This document shows positions 50,370 to 60,450 of a DNA stretch of 64,000 nucleotides, piece after piece; the stretch's first letter is position 1; every line of letters starts with the position of its first letter. Made by a program: the position numbers and the translations under genes. Where the stretch lies: the NCBI GenBank assembly GCA_963736855.1, contig CAVTQK010000017.1:32885-96884 (forward strand), written 5' to 3'. The notes below the pieces were generated by a model. The model saw nothing but the letters and a program-made list of their open reading frames with translations, was not told where the DNA came from and searched no databases. The DNA comes from an uncultured delta proteobacterium (GTDB lineage Bacteria; Desulfobacterota; Desulfobacteria; Desulfobacterales; UBA2156).

Positions 50370-53300
50370 GTGGAAACAGAACTGCTGAGAGAAAAGGTTC
50401 AACAACTTCGGAAAGGCCGAGGAGACGGCCACTTCGGAGACGTCATGGTTGTCGGCGGCGGGATCAGCGGCATTCAGGCCTCGCTCGATCTTGCCACGGC
50501 GGGTTTCAAGGTCTACCTGGTGGAGAAATCGCCTGCCATCGGCGGGCATATGGCCCAGCTTGACAAGACCTATCCCACCAATGACTGCTCCATGTGAATT
50601 CTCTCTCCGAAACTGGTCGAGGTCGGCCGGCATCCGAATATAGAGGTTTTCACCTACACCGAAGTGGACAGGCTGGAGGGGGATGCAGGGAATTTTAAGG
50701 TAACCCTGATCAAGAAGCCCCGATATATCAAGGAGGATAAATGCACAGGGTGCGGCACCTGTGTGCAATATTGCCCGGTTCAATACCCTGATCCATTCAA
50801 TCAGGAGATATCCAAGAATAAAGCAGTGCATATATATTTCTCTCAGGCCATTCCCCTGATCTCTTACATTGATCAAAGCTGCCTTTACCTGAAGGAGAAG
50901 AAGTGCCGCATCTGTGAAGCGGTCTGTCAGAATAAAGCAGTTGATCTTGAGCAACAGCCGGAAAAGATAGAAATAAAGGTAGGGGCGATTCTTTTGTCTC
51001 CCGGCTATGAACCGTTCGACCCCAAGGTAAAGGGCGACTATGGCTACGGCAAGTATGCGAACGTGGTCACCAGCCTCGACTTTGAGCGTCTTCTATGCGC
51101 CACCGGACCCTATGAAGGGGAGATCCTGCGGGCGTCCGACAAGAGGCATCCCCATAAGATCGCCTGGATTCAATGTGTGGGTTCGAGACGCGTAACGCCG
51201 GGCGATAACAGCTATTGTTCTGCGGTTTGCTGCACCTACACCCAGAAACAGGTGATCCTGACAAAAGAGCATGACGCATCGGCCGAGTGTACTATTTTCC
51301 ATAATGATATCCGCTCGTACGGTAAGGATTTTGAGCCATACTACCAGAGAACAGCGCAGCTTCCCGGAATCCGGTTTATCAGAAGCTACACATCCGTTGT
51401 TGGAGAGGTCCCGGAAACAAAGAATCTCGTGGTAAGGTATTCGACCCCCGACGAGGGCGTCAAAGAGGAAGAATTCGAAATGGTGGTATTGTCCATTGGA
51501 TTAAATTCTCCTGCTGACGCAACAGCACTGGCGGATCGCTTCGGTATCGATCTCAATTCACACGGATTCTGTCAAGCCGATCCTTCAAATCTGATGGAAA
51601 CCTCCAGGCAGGGAATCTTTGTAAGCGGCGCCTTCCAAGGCCCTATGGATATCCCCGAATCGGTTTTTTCTGCCAGCGGGGCTGGGGCTCAATGCGGTCA
51701 ATTCCTTGACTACCGGCGAGGGAAACTGACTAAAGAGAGGATCTATCCGGCTGAAAGGGATGTCTCTAAAGAAGAGCCCCGGATCGGTGTCTTTGTATGC
51801 CATTGCGGCGCCAATATCGGAAGAATCGTCAATGTTCCCAGTACAGTAGAGTATGCCTTGACCCTGCCCCATGTGGTTTATGCACAGGAACAGCTCTTCT
51901 CCTGCGCGACCAATTCCGCCAAACAAATAACGGATATGATCAAGGAAAAGGGGCTTAACCGGGTGGTGGTCGCTGCCTGCTCGCCCAGGACCCTTGAACC
52001 GTTATTCCGGGACACCCTTCGGGAGGCAGGAATCAACCAGTATTTCTACGAAATGGCAAATATCAGAGAGCATGACTCCTGGGTCCATTCCAAAGAACCG
52101 GAAGAGGCTACCCAGAAGGCAAAGGACATCGTCCGCATGTCGGTCGCCCGATGCGCCCTTTTAGAGCCGTTGCAGGAGATTGATCTGCCGGTTAACAAGA
52201 CCGGGCTGGTGGTGGGCGGCGGCATCGCCGGCATGACGTGCGCCCTCTCCATAGCCAACCAGGGACATGACGTTCACCTGGTGGAAAAGGACAAAGACTT
52301 GGGGGGGATGGCCAGGAGAATCCACACCACCCTGGAAGGATTGGATGTTCAGGCCTATCTGCGAGATCTGGTGCGCAAGGTCTATCAGCACCCCCTGATC
52401 CATGTCTTTACGGACGCTGTGATTACGGATGCGACCGGTTATGTAGGAAATTTCGTCACCAAGGTGATGTCGGACAGAGGGGCTACGGAGATCAAACATG
52501 GGGCTACGGTCATCGCTATTGGTGCGGATGAATACAAGCCGACCGAATACCTTTATGGACAAGATGAGAGGGTCCTTACCCTCCTGGAGCTGGAGGAGCG
52601 AATCGCCAGGAGAGAAGAAAAGGTGGTCGACGCCCAGTGCCTGGTGATGATTCAGTGCGTCGGGTGCCGCAATGAAGACCGAAATTACTGTAGCCGGGTA
52701 TGCTGCAGTCAGGCCATCAAAAACGCCTTGAGACTGAAAGATATCCATCCCGAGATGGATATCTATATCCTCTTTCGGGATATGAGAACCTATGGCTTGA
52801 AAGAGGACTATTATCGGGATGCGTCCAACAAGGATGTCAAGTTTATCCTCTGGGAACCCGAGAATAAACCTCGGGTAGAGGCCGCAATGGCGGAAGGGAG
52901 GCCTGTCTTGAGGGTAACCGTGACCGATCCCATTTTAGGAGAGGAACTTGCCATCGATGCCGAAATCCTTGCTTTGGCCGCTGCCGTCATACCGCCTGCA
53001 GCAAATCGGGAGATAGCGCGATTCTTCAAGGTCTCTCTGGGACCGGATAATTTTTTTAAAGAGGCCCATGTCAAATTAAGACCTGTCGATTTTTCCGCAG
53101 ATGGTATTTTCCTATGCGGGACTGCTCATTATCCCAAGCACATTTCGGAAGCGATTAACCAGGCGTATGGAGCGGCAGGGCGGGCTTTAACCCTTCTCTC
53201 CAATGATGTCGTCACAGTCTCAGGCTCTGTCTGCGAGGTGAATGAGAAGAAGTGTATCGGATGCGGGGCGTGTATATCCGCCTGTACATACGGTGCTATT

Positions 53301-53504
53301 GAATATCGTGAAACAAGACAGGGCAAAAAGGCTGCTGTTAATCCTGTCATCTGTAAAGGAGATGGTCTTTGTAATGCAAAATGTCCAACAGGGGCTATTT
53401 CACTCAAGCATTTCACGGATGAAGAGCTTTTAAGCCAAATTGATGCGGCGATTCCAGGGGAAGAGATCCTGCAACAACTTGATGCGGCGGTTGGAGACGT
53501 TTAA
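50370..53504 (+). CDS. bamE: HdrA-like flavoprotein with selenocysteine (TGA 50595-50597)
   Basis: [21 protein letters not shown] puts UGA at the conserved HdrA Cys and is in frame with ORF 50664-53504; a downstream stem-loop is present. Tandem HdrA halves. Confidence 0.92.
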
Positions 53505-53554
53505 AGGTATAAAAATGGATCTGGTCGGAATTACTTTGAAAAAGGTGAAAACGA

Positions 53555-54391
53555 ATGGGTACAGGCCCTAAATTCAAACCTAAAATATTGGGATTTGTAT
53601 GTCATTGGTGAGTATATGGCGCTGCTGACCTGGCTGGAGTTTCCAGACTGCAATATACAACCGAAATCAAACTGATTCGCGTCATGTGTTCCGGCAGAGT
53701 CGATCTGGAATTTATTCTCAGGGCGTTCTCAAATGGAATGGATGGTGTCTTTATAGGCGGATGCCGCCTCAATGAATGCAATTACGTTACTCATGGAAAT
53801 TATCACGCGCTCAACATGGTACTTCTATGTAAAAAGATCATGGAACACATCGGGCTAAATCCGGAAAGGTTACATATCGAATTTATGTCTGCCGGTGAAG
53901 GAATCCGTTTTGCTGAAGTAATGAATGATTTCGGCAGAAAGGTTGAAGAGATCGGGCCTTTCGGACAAAGCGAAGGAATCGATAAAAACGAATTAAGATC
54001 CAGACTTCAAGAAGTCGTGAAGCTGATTCCTTACATTAAGATTATAAAAAGAGAAAAGCTGGGTTTACGTCTATGCGGCCAAGAAGAATATGACGCATTT
54101 TTCACCATTGATGAGATAGAACGGCTGTTTAATGAAGTCGTGTCGTACTATATCGATCCGGATAAATGCCAGGCATGTATGATCTGTTTTAGAAAATGTC
54201 CTGTTGAGGCGATTTCAGGCGGCAAAAACCTGATTCATGTCATTGATCAAGAAAAATGCATCAAATGTGGCACTTGCTTTGAAGTTTGTCCTCCTCGCTT
54301 TGGGGCGATAAAAAAGATTTCCGGCGAAGATGTTCCACCTCCCCTTCCTGTAGAAAAGAGAACCATAGTCAGAAAAACTAAAGAGAAATGA
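53555..54391 (+). CDS. bamF: MvhD/FlpD-like subunit with selenocysteine (TGA 53609-53611) fused to a 2x[4Fe-4S] domain
   Basis: KILGFVCHW-TGA-VYGAADLAGVSRLQY continues in frame into MCSGRVD...GCRLNECNY. C-terminal CQACMICFRKC / CIKCGTCFEVC. Confidence 0.9.
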
Positions 54392-54478
54392 GAAATATTC
54401 AACAAAGCCTCTTTTTAACCGGGTCAATTATTCCCTCTTTAAAACCAGTTGAAAGTAATAAAGTAAAACGTAGATTGC

Positions 54479-55324
54479 TTATTTAACCGGGGCGGCCAGG
54501 CGTCTGAAGCCGCAATAGACATGAATCCCTGATTGCTTGGACGGTGAGGCCAGGGTCATGTTCAGGGAATCGGCCAGTTTGACGGCCAGGGCCGTAGCGG
54601 CTGAAGAAGCCATAAGGAATGGGATTTTAGCTCGGGCGGCCTTTTGAACCATTTCGTAGCTGATGCGGGAAGACAGGATTAAAACCCCCGCTCGATGAAG
54701 ATCCCCTTTCAGAAAGAGTTTTCCAATAGCCTTGTCCAGAGCGTTGTGGCGGCCTACATCTTCGGCTATCGATAAAAGTTCAAAAGTGTTGGTATAGATC
54801 GCTGCGGCATGTGCAGTACGGGTCCGCCGGTACAGGGGTTGGAGCTCTTTTAATGTTTCTAAACATCGATAGGCTCTTTCCAGGTCAACGGGCGGACCAT
54901 CCGCCATGACCTCAACCATCTGCGAAAGATCTTCAGCCAGTTCTTTGCCGCAAATGCCGCAGCTGGTTTGGCTGACAAAGCCCCGGCGTTCCAATATAGA
55001 AGCGATACTTCTAAAACGGGCGGGAGTGACAGTAAGGGTTGCCACATTCGTGGCCTCTCCTTCACAGGAGCCGATGTTTTCAATGTCCTCCGGACTGTCG
55101 ATGATGCCCTCGGCCAGACAAAACCCGGCAATATGGGCCAACTCATCCCCTGGGGTGCGCATGACGACAACATAGGGTAGCCCCTGAACCCGGATGGACA
55201 ATGGCTCTTCCTGAATCAGCTCCAGCCGGATAGAGGTCTTTGCTTTTCCTTCCTGGTGAAGGGCCATTAAAGGGATAGTGTTATCGCTCAAGAATTCTCC
55301 CAAAACCGATCCCGTAAAAGTCAT
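54479..55324 (-). CDS. fdhD: formate dehydrogenase accessory sulfurtransferase
   Basis: EEPLSI, MRTPG, TSCGICG, EDVGRHNALDKAIG and SSRISYEMVQKA. Confidence 0.92.
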   Translation of the reverse strand: MTFTGSVLGEFLSDNTIPLMALHQEGKAKTSIRLELIQEEPLSIRVQGLPYVVVMRTPGDELAHIAGFCLAEGIIDSPEDIENIGSCEGEATNVATLTVTPARFRSIASILERRGFVSQTSCGICGKELAEDLSQMVEVMADGPPVDLERAYRCLETLKELQPLYRRTRTAHAAAIYTNTFELLSIAEDVGRHNALDKAIGKLFLKGDLHRAGVLILSSRISYEMVQKAARAKIPFLMASSAATALAVKLADSLNMTLASPSKQSGIHVYCGFRRLAAPVK

Positions 55325-55668
55325 TTTATCCTGTCTGGCCGCCGATTTTCATCGTTTCTGTTCTCGCCATTTTCTTTATATCGCTCACTTTCAAATATAC
55401 TAAAAACAGCCATACGAGAATGATTTCCTGTGGATAACTTAACTTTATGTATTCGTCTCCACAAACCGGCGGGGAGATCCGCAAGACGGAAATGGGGGAA
55501 AGTTATTGACTTCATAAACTCTTAGAATGCTATTATATATTTATGAAATATTCAATTGTTATTTGGCATTCAATATCAATAAGTTAGGTGCATGGTTTAT
55601 AAGCAAGGCAGAATTTTCCGCGTGACACCCGGTGGTTATGCAGGTATTTCCTTTCTGGACGAATGGGT

Positions 55669-55887
55669 TCAATGGTTTTTTGAAAAACGGTAGAAAATGC
55701 ATTGATCATGATTCGGGCTTTTCTTTTGGATCGGTGGAACAGCAGGATCAAGACATCCCGGATTAGGGAAATGGCCTGGGTGAAATTGACCTACGATGAA
55801 ACGGCAGACAGCGGTTGCGGGAGAAATCTTTAGATAAAAAGCAGGTTCCGTGCCAACCTTACTGTTTGGGACATCATTTCTCGACAT
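55669..55887 (-). CDS. small hypothetical protein (3 Cys, several His)
   Basis: 72-aa ORF with RBS AAGGGG 6 nt before the ATG; no overlapping gene. Confidence 0.4.
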   Translation of the reverse strand: MSRNDVPNSKVGTEPAFYLKISPATAVCRFIVGQFHPGHFPNPGCLDPAVPPIQKKSPNHDQCIFYRFSKNH

Positions 55888-56027
55888 GGTATGCCCCTTT
55901 CATAAAGGTTAATGGATTTTTCTATTTGAAGCGAGTATACAATGCGGATCATCTCAAATCAAAATATTTATCAATTATTTAGAATGGTTATCGGATTTTT
56001 TGGTGTGCTTAAGTTAATGACATCGGA

Positions 56028-56078
56028 TCCAGCGCCTTGTTCCGGCGCGCGAAGCGCGGCGGGGTAAGGCACTGGACG
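56028..56078. repeat. GC-rich palindrome with GCGAAGC apex (REP-like)
   Basis: TCCAGCGCCTT...GCGCGAAGCGCG...AAGGCACTGGA; on the minus strand it starts with CGTC. Confidence 0.45.
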
Positions 56079-56285
56079 AAGTCGGAGCCGCGATTCCGCA
56101 CGACGCAGTCACGCGAAACAAAGAATTTGCTTGCTTTATTATCAAATAATTGTTAATATATGGGAATATCAATAGAGTCCCTGTCTAATATTCAGGGCTG
56201 TCTCTTTCTGAAGGAACAATCCATCTGTCAAAATGGCATCCTCCAGCTTGCGACATTGAAATTTTTAAGAAAGGAGGATGTTATC

Positions 56286-56486
56286 ATGAGCAATGGAACT
56301 GTTAAGTGGTTTAACGACCAAAAAGGTTATGGCTTTATCGAGCAGGAAAGCGGACCGGATGTGTTTGTTCATCATTCAGGTATAAACGCAGACGGTTTTA
56401 AGAGCCTGCACGAAGGAGACCGTGTATGCTTTGACATCGAGCAAGGCAACAAAGGCCCTGCTGCAGTAAATGTCACAGTGAGTTAA
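56286..56486 (+). CDS. cold-shock protein
   Basis: [15 protein letters not shown] and DVFVHHS. Confidence 0.95.
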   Translation: MSNGTVKWFNDQKGYGFIEQESGPDVFVHHSGINADGFKSLHEGDRVCFDIEQGNKGPAAVNVTVS

Positions 56487-56497
56487 ACATCGAAACC

Positions 56498-56541
56498 TGA
56501 AAAAAGGGCATACCTCCGGGATTTGGGGTGTGCCCTTTTTC
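56498..56541 (+). terminator. intrinsic terminator after csp
   Basis: AAAAAAGGGCATACC...GGTGTGCCCTTTTT. Confidence 0.7.
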
Positions 56542-56726
56542 GCTTAAGAGTGATTTTCTGGAAAAACTCCCATATTTCAGTCCTATTTATTGCCGAGTTT
56601 CGGGGAATTCATTATTCCACTCGTGGTTATTGTAGATGTGGATCGAACCGTATGCTTTGATGTTGGGGCCTGCTCGCTTTTTAATTGGAAGATAGACGAA
56701 ATGATGGAGGTCAAAAGGTATTTTGT

Positions 56727-57011
56727 ATGAATATCTACATCGGAAATTTATCTCAGAACATTACGGAAGATAACATAAGAGTATTGTTTAGCGAGTTCGG
56801 AAATGTCGAGAATGTTAAGGTTATCAAGGACCGGTTTTCAGGTAGAATAAAGGGATACGGATTCATTGAAATGCCAAACAACTCTGAAGCAGATCAGGCA
56901 ATCAAGGCGTTGAACGGAAGCAATGTAGGCGGAAGTATTATTAAAGTAAATCCTGCAGATTCGGGTGGGAAGCGGAAAAAGAAGCGACCTTTTCGTAGAA
57001 GGGACGATTGA
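56727..57011 (+). CDS. RRM RNA-binding protein
   Basis: RNP2 IYIGNL and RNP1 KGYGFIEM; basic tail. Confidence 0.92.
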   Translation: MNIYIGNLSQNITEDNIRVLFSEFGNVENVKVIKDRFSGRIKGYGFIEMPNNSEADQAIKALNGSNVGGSIIKVNPADSGGKRKKKRPFRRRDD

Positions 57012-57024
57012 AGGTCCAAAGTTG

Positions 57025-58128
57025 ATGCATCTACCCGAGCTGCATATTGGAGATTTGGTCGCTAAAATTCCCATCGTCCAAGGTGGGATGGGGGTAGGTA
57101 TATCCCTTTCCGGACTGTCATCGGCTGTAGCCAATGAAGGCGGCATCGGCGTCATTGCCGCTGCTATGATCGGAATGGATGAACCCGATATTCTCACAAA
57201 CCCAAGAGAAGCCAATGTTCGAGCGCTAAAGAAAGAGATCCGTAAAGCCCGAGTTCAGACCAAAGGCCTTTTGGGTGTCAACGTTATGGTGGCACTGACC
57301 CATTACATCGAACTGGTTAAAGCCGCTGTTGAAGAAAAGATCGACTTCATATTTGCAGGTGCCGGTCTGCCCCTGGACCTGCCGAAATACCTGCAGAACA
57401 CCACTACCTCGAAACTGGTTCCCATCGTGTCTTCCGCCAGGGCTGCCGAGTTACTCTGCAAGAAATGGGCGAGGTTCGCTTATATTCCGGATGCGATCGT
57501 GGTAGAAGGCCCCATGGCCGGTGGTCACCTTGGTTTGAAAAAAGAGCAGCTTTTTTCGCCGGAATTCAATTTAGAAAAACTGGTTTCGGAAGTATTGGAA
57601 GCTGTTAGGCCATTTGGGCAGGACTACGGGAAACCCATTCCTGTAATTGCGGCGGGTGGGATTTATTCCGGTGGAGATATATACCGCTTTCTAAGGCTGG
57701 GCGCAGCCGGGGTTCAGATGGCCACACGTTTTGTGGCCACACATGAATGCGATGCGTCAATAGCATTCAAGCAGGCCTATATTAATGCCACCAAGGAAGA
57801 TATCGTAATTATCGAAAGTCCGGTAGGATTGCCAGGTCGAGCTATCAACAACGAATTTCTGAAAGCGGTCAAACGCGGGGAAAAAATACCCTTTACTTGC
57901 CCCTACCACTGTATCCGGACATGTGACCGCAAAAATAGTCCTTACTGCATTGCATTGGCGCTTATGAACGCCAAAAAGGGAAACCTCAAGTGTGGTTTCG
58001 TCTTTTCCGGGCAGAATGCATACCGAGTCGATCGCATCGTGTCCGTCAAAGAATTGATTAGCTCGCTCAAACAGGAATTTTTATTATCTCAGCAGACCGA
58101 TCCAAGCGCTCTCCAAATGACAGGCTGA
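57025..58128 (+). CDS. nitronate monooxygenase/FabK-family FMN oxidoreductase
   Basis: PIVQGGMG, VEGPMAGGHLG, AAGGI, GVQMATRF and a Cys tail CPYHCIRTC..YC. Confidence 0.88.
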   Translation: MHLPELHIGDLVAKIPIVQGGMGVGISLSGLSSAVANEGGIGVIAAAMIGMDEPDILTNPREANVRALKKEIRKARVQTKGLLGVNVMVALTHYIELVKAAVEEKIDFIFAGAGLPLDLPKYLQNTTTSKLVPIVSSARAAELLCKKWARFAYIPDAIVVEGPMAGGHLGLKKEQLFSPEFNLEKLVSEVLEAVRPFGQDYGKPIPVIAAGGIYSGGDIYRFLRLGAAGVQMATRFVATHECDASIAFKQAYINATKEDIVIIESPVGLPGRAINNEFLKAVKRGEKIPFTCPYHCIRTCDRKNSPYCIALALMNAKKGNLKCGFVFSGQNAYRVDRIVSVKELISSLKQEFLLSQQTDPSALQMTG

Positions 58129-58240
58129 ACCTGTAAACAGTCAAAAGAACCTGGTCAAGTAACCCGCCTTTACCTGTTACCGTCACGGAGTATTTCGTCT
58201 ATCCCGACAGCGTTCCCGGTTTGGGTATTTTTGAAAGGCT

Positions 58241-58386
58241 TGCATCCGTAAAAGGTCGAAAATCAGATGGCAAAGTAAAGGTTTCAAGTTCAAGGCGACG
58301 GAATCCAGTGTGATGAGGCGTATTATCGTACGTGAAATCGCACGGGATGAAGCGCAACGCAGAAATTGGACCATTACGAAGCATCA
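58241..58386. repeat. MITE-like intergenic repeat, copy 2
   Basis: Shares ordered blocks with 11843-11996; ends TGCATCCGTAAAAGGTC / GGACCATTACGAAGCATC form an imperfect inverted repeat. Confidence 0.65.
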
Positions 58387-58534
58387 ATGTTTATTTTAAC
58401 CCTGCGTTAACACTCCTAAATACTTGCTTTTACCTGAGCGGCAAATAGAGAAAACAAAAGAAAATGCCTTGACAAGATTAATTAGTATTGCTAAAAATCA
58501 AAAATAATAATCAGGTTATACTAATGATGTATTT

Positions 58535-58611
58535 CCTGCACAATGAAGTGCAGGATAAATACTAGAACCGACAAAGGCGTCTGTTCCTTAAATAAGGGAT
58601 AGGCGCTTTTT
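58535..58611 (+). promoter_or_regulatory. ANTAR-type dual-hairpin antitermination leader
   Basis: Hairpin 1 CCTGCAC-AATGAA-GTGCAGG and hairpin 2 GAC-AAAGGC-GTC both have A1/G4 hexaloops. Hairpin 2 overlaps the 5' arm of terminator GCGTCTGTTCCTT-AAAT-AAGGGATAGGCGC-TTTTT. Confidence 0.75.
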
Positions 58612-58715
58612 CATTCCTATCTCCAGCATACAGTTAGAAAATACAGACAAATGTCGTATCTTTTGCCATGCTACGTATGTTTCACCATCTTTTATTAAAG
58701 TGAAAGGAGAAAGGA

Positions 58716-60368
58716 ATGAGGTTCGAAAAAAGTAACGATGTACTTGGAACCACCAATCGCGGCAATCCGGCCGAATCCGGTTTATGCACTCTTTGCCGAG
58801 CGGATTGTCATGGAAAATGTGAAACCTGGCTTTCAAGCCTTGTGGGGAGGAAACTGCTTTACCCAAGGGATTTCGGCTTTGTAACGGCAGGGGCAAACAA
58901 TACAACCCATGTGGGCGTGTCCTATAACTCCCTTCGAATTCAGGGATATGCCTATGGCGCCAACGGGCTTTCCCAGGGATTATCCAATGATCCGGATGAT
59001 TGTATTTTCCCCAATGTCAACCTCGAAACATCCTTTGGCAACACCATGAAGACCAAAATCCGGATGCCGCTGATGACCGGCGCTTTAGGATCCACATTTA
59101 TTGCCGCCAAGTATTGGGATTCCTTTGCCATTGGCGGTTCCCTCGTGGGAATTCCCGTGGTTATCGGTGAAAACGTGGTCGGCGTTGATCGCGAGTCCCA
59201 AATCGGCAAGGGAAAAACAAGAAAGGGAAAAATCAAAAGCTCTCCTGAAATGGAACGCCGTATCAATACGTACCTGAGGTATCATGACGATTATGGCGCC
59301 ATCATTGTTCAGCTCAATGTTGAAGACACGCGAAACGGTGTTGCCGAATTCATTGCGGAAAAATATGGAAATAAATGCATCATCGAGCTGAAATGGGGAC
59401 AGGGCGCCAAGAACATCGGCGGTGAAATTCAGGTGACCAGCCTCGAATACGCCGCATTCCTTAAGGAGAGAGGATATGTGGTTGATCCGGACCCAACCAA
59501 ACCCGAAGTCAAAGAGGCATTCAAGAAGGGTTCAATTAGATCCTTTGCCCGCCATAGCCGGATGGGTGGAACTAATTTGAAAAATGTTGATAAAGTGCGC
59601 GAAGATTTTATGAATACGGTTGAGTACCTCCGCAGCATCGGTTTTAAGAGAATTACACTGAAAACAGGATCTTATGGCATGGAAGAATTGGCGATGGCCA
59701 TTAAGTTTGCCTCCGATGCGAAATGCGATTTGCTTACCATTGACGGTTCAGGTGGCGGTACCGGCATGAGTCCCTGGAATATGATGCAGAGCTGGGGTGT
59801 TCCCTCGATTATCCTCCACTCGAAAGCCTATGAATATGCCGGCATACTTGCCGCTAGGGGTGAAAAAGTGGTGGATATGTCCTTTGCAGGCGGATTTGCC
59901 CTTGAAGACCATATCTTCAAAGCATTAGCTCTTGGAGCGCCCTACACAAAGCTCATCTGTATGGGCAGGGCAATTATGATTCCCGGTTTTGTCGGATCAA
60001 ATATTGAAGGGGCAATCCATCCGGACAAAAGAGATACGGTATTCGGAAACTGGGATAACCTCCCCAAAACCGTTAGCTCTATTGGTTCCAAGGCTGAAGA
60101 GATATTTGCCTCCTATTTTGATGTTCAGAAAAAAGTGGGTAAAAAAGAAATGACCAACATCCCCTATGGGGCAATTGCGTTCTATACACTGGCGGATAAA
60201 CTTGCTTGCGGATTGCAACAGCTAATGGCAGGTGTAAGGAAATTTTCCTTATCCACTCTTTCCCGAAGTGATCTTTTCGCCGGTAACAGAGAAACTGCGC
60301 AGGAAACGGGCATTTCCCATGTTGCCGATGTTAACGATGAAGCTGCAAAGAAGATATTGAATTCATAA
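58716..60368 (+). CDS. FMN-binding glutamate synthase family protein
   Basis: CTLCRADC..CETW, ELKWGQGAK.IGGE, ITLKTG, TIDGSGGGTGMSP and SFAGG. Confidence 0.88.
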   Translation: MRFEKSNDVLGTTNRGNPAESGLCTLCRADCHGKCETWLSSLVGRKLLYPRDFGFVTAGANNTTHVGVSYNSLRIQGYAYGANGLSQGLSNDPDDCIFPNVNLETSFGNTMKTKIRMPLMTGALGSTFIAAKYWDSFAIGGSLVGIPVVIGENVVGVDRESQIGKGKTRKGKIKSSPEMERRINTYLRYHDDYGAIIVQLNVEDTRNGVAEFIAEKYGNKCIIELKWGQGAKNIGGEIQVTSLEYAAFLKERGYVVDPDPTKPEVKEAFKKGSIRSFARHSRMGGTNLKNVDKVREDFMNTVEYLRSIGFKRITLKTGSYGMEELAMAIKFASDAKCDLLTIDGSGGGTGMSPWNMMQSWGVPSIILHSKAYEYAGILAARGEKVVDMSFAGGFALEDHIFKALALGAPYTKLICMGRAIMIPGFVGSNIEGAIHPDKRDTVFGNWDNLPKTVSSIGSKAEEIFASYFDVQKKVGKKEMTNIPYGAIAFYTLADKLACGLQQLMAGVRKFSLSTLSRSDLFAGNRETAQETGISHVADVNDEAAKKILNS

Positions 60369-60409
60369 GCGATAGTAGAACGAAGACCTTTCACATCTTT
60401 GGTCAATAT

Positions 60410-60446
60410 ACAAGGCTCACCGGTGATGATGCCCGGTGAGCCTTGT
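60410..60446. terminator. hairpin between convergent genes
   Basis: Perfect 14-bp stem ACAAGGCTCACCGG / CCGGTGAGCCTTGT with a 9-nt loop. Confidence 0.6.
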
Positions 60447-60450
60447 GCCT

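Noticed and set aside
58537-58552. NtrC box TGCAC-Nx-GTGCA
   Set aside because: Spacer is 6 rather than 7 nt, it lies downstream of the promoter, and the ANTAR hairpin explains it better.
60410-60446. attC or IS end at the R-M border
   Set aside because: Perfect stem without AAC/GTT cores or extra-helical bases; fits a terminator between convergent genes.
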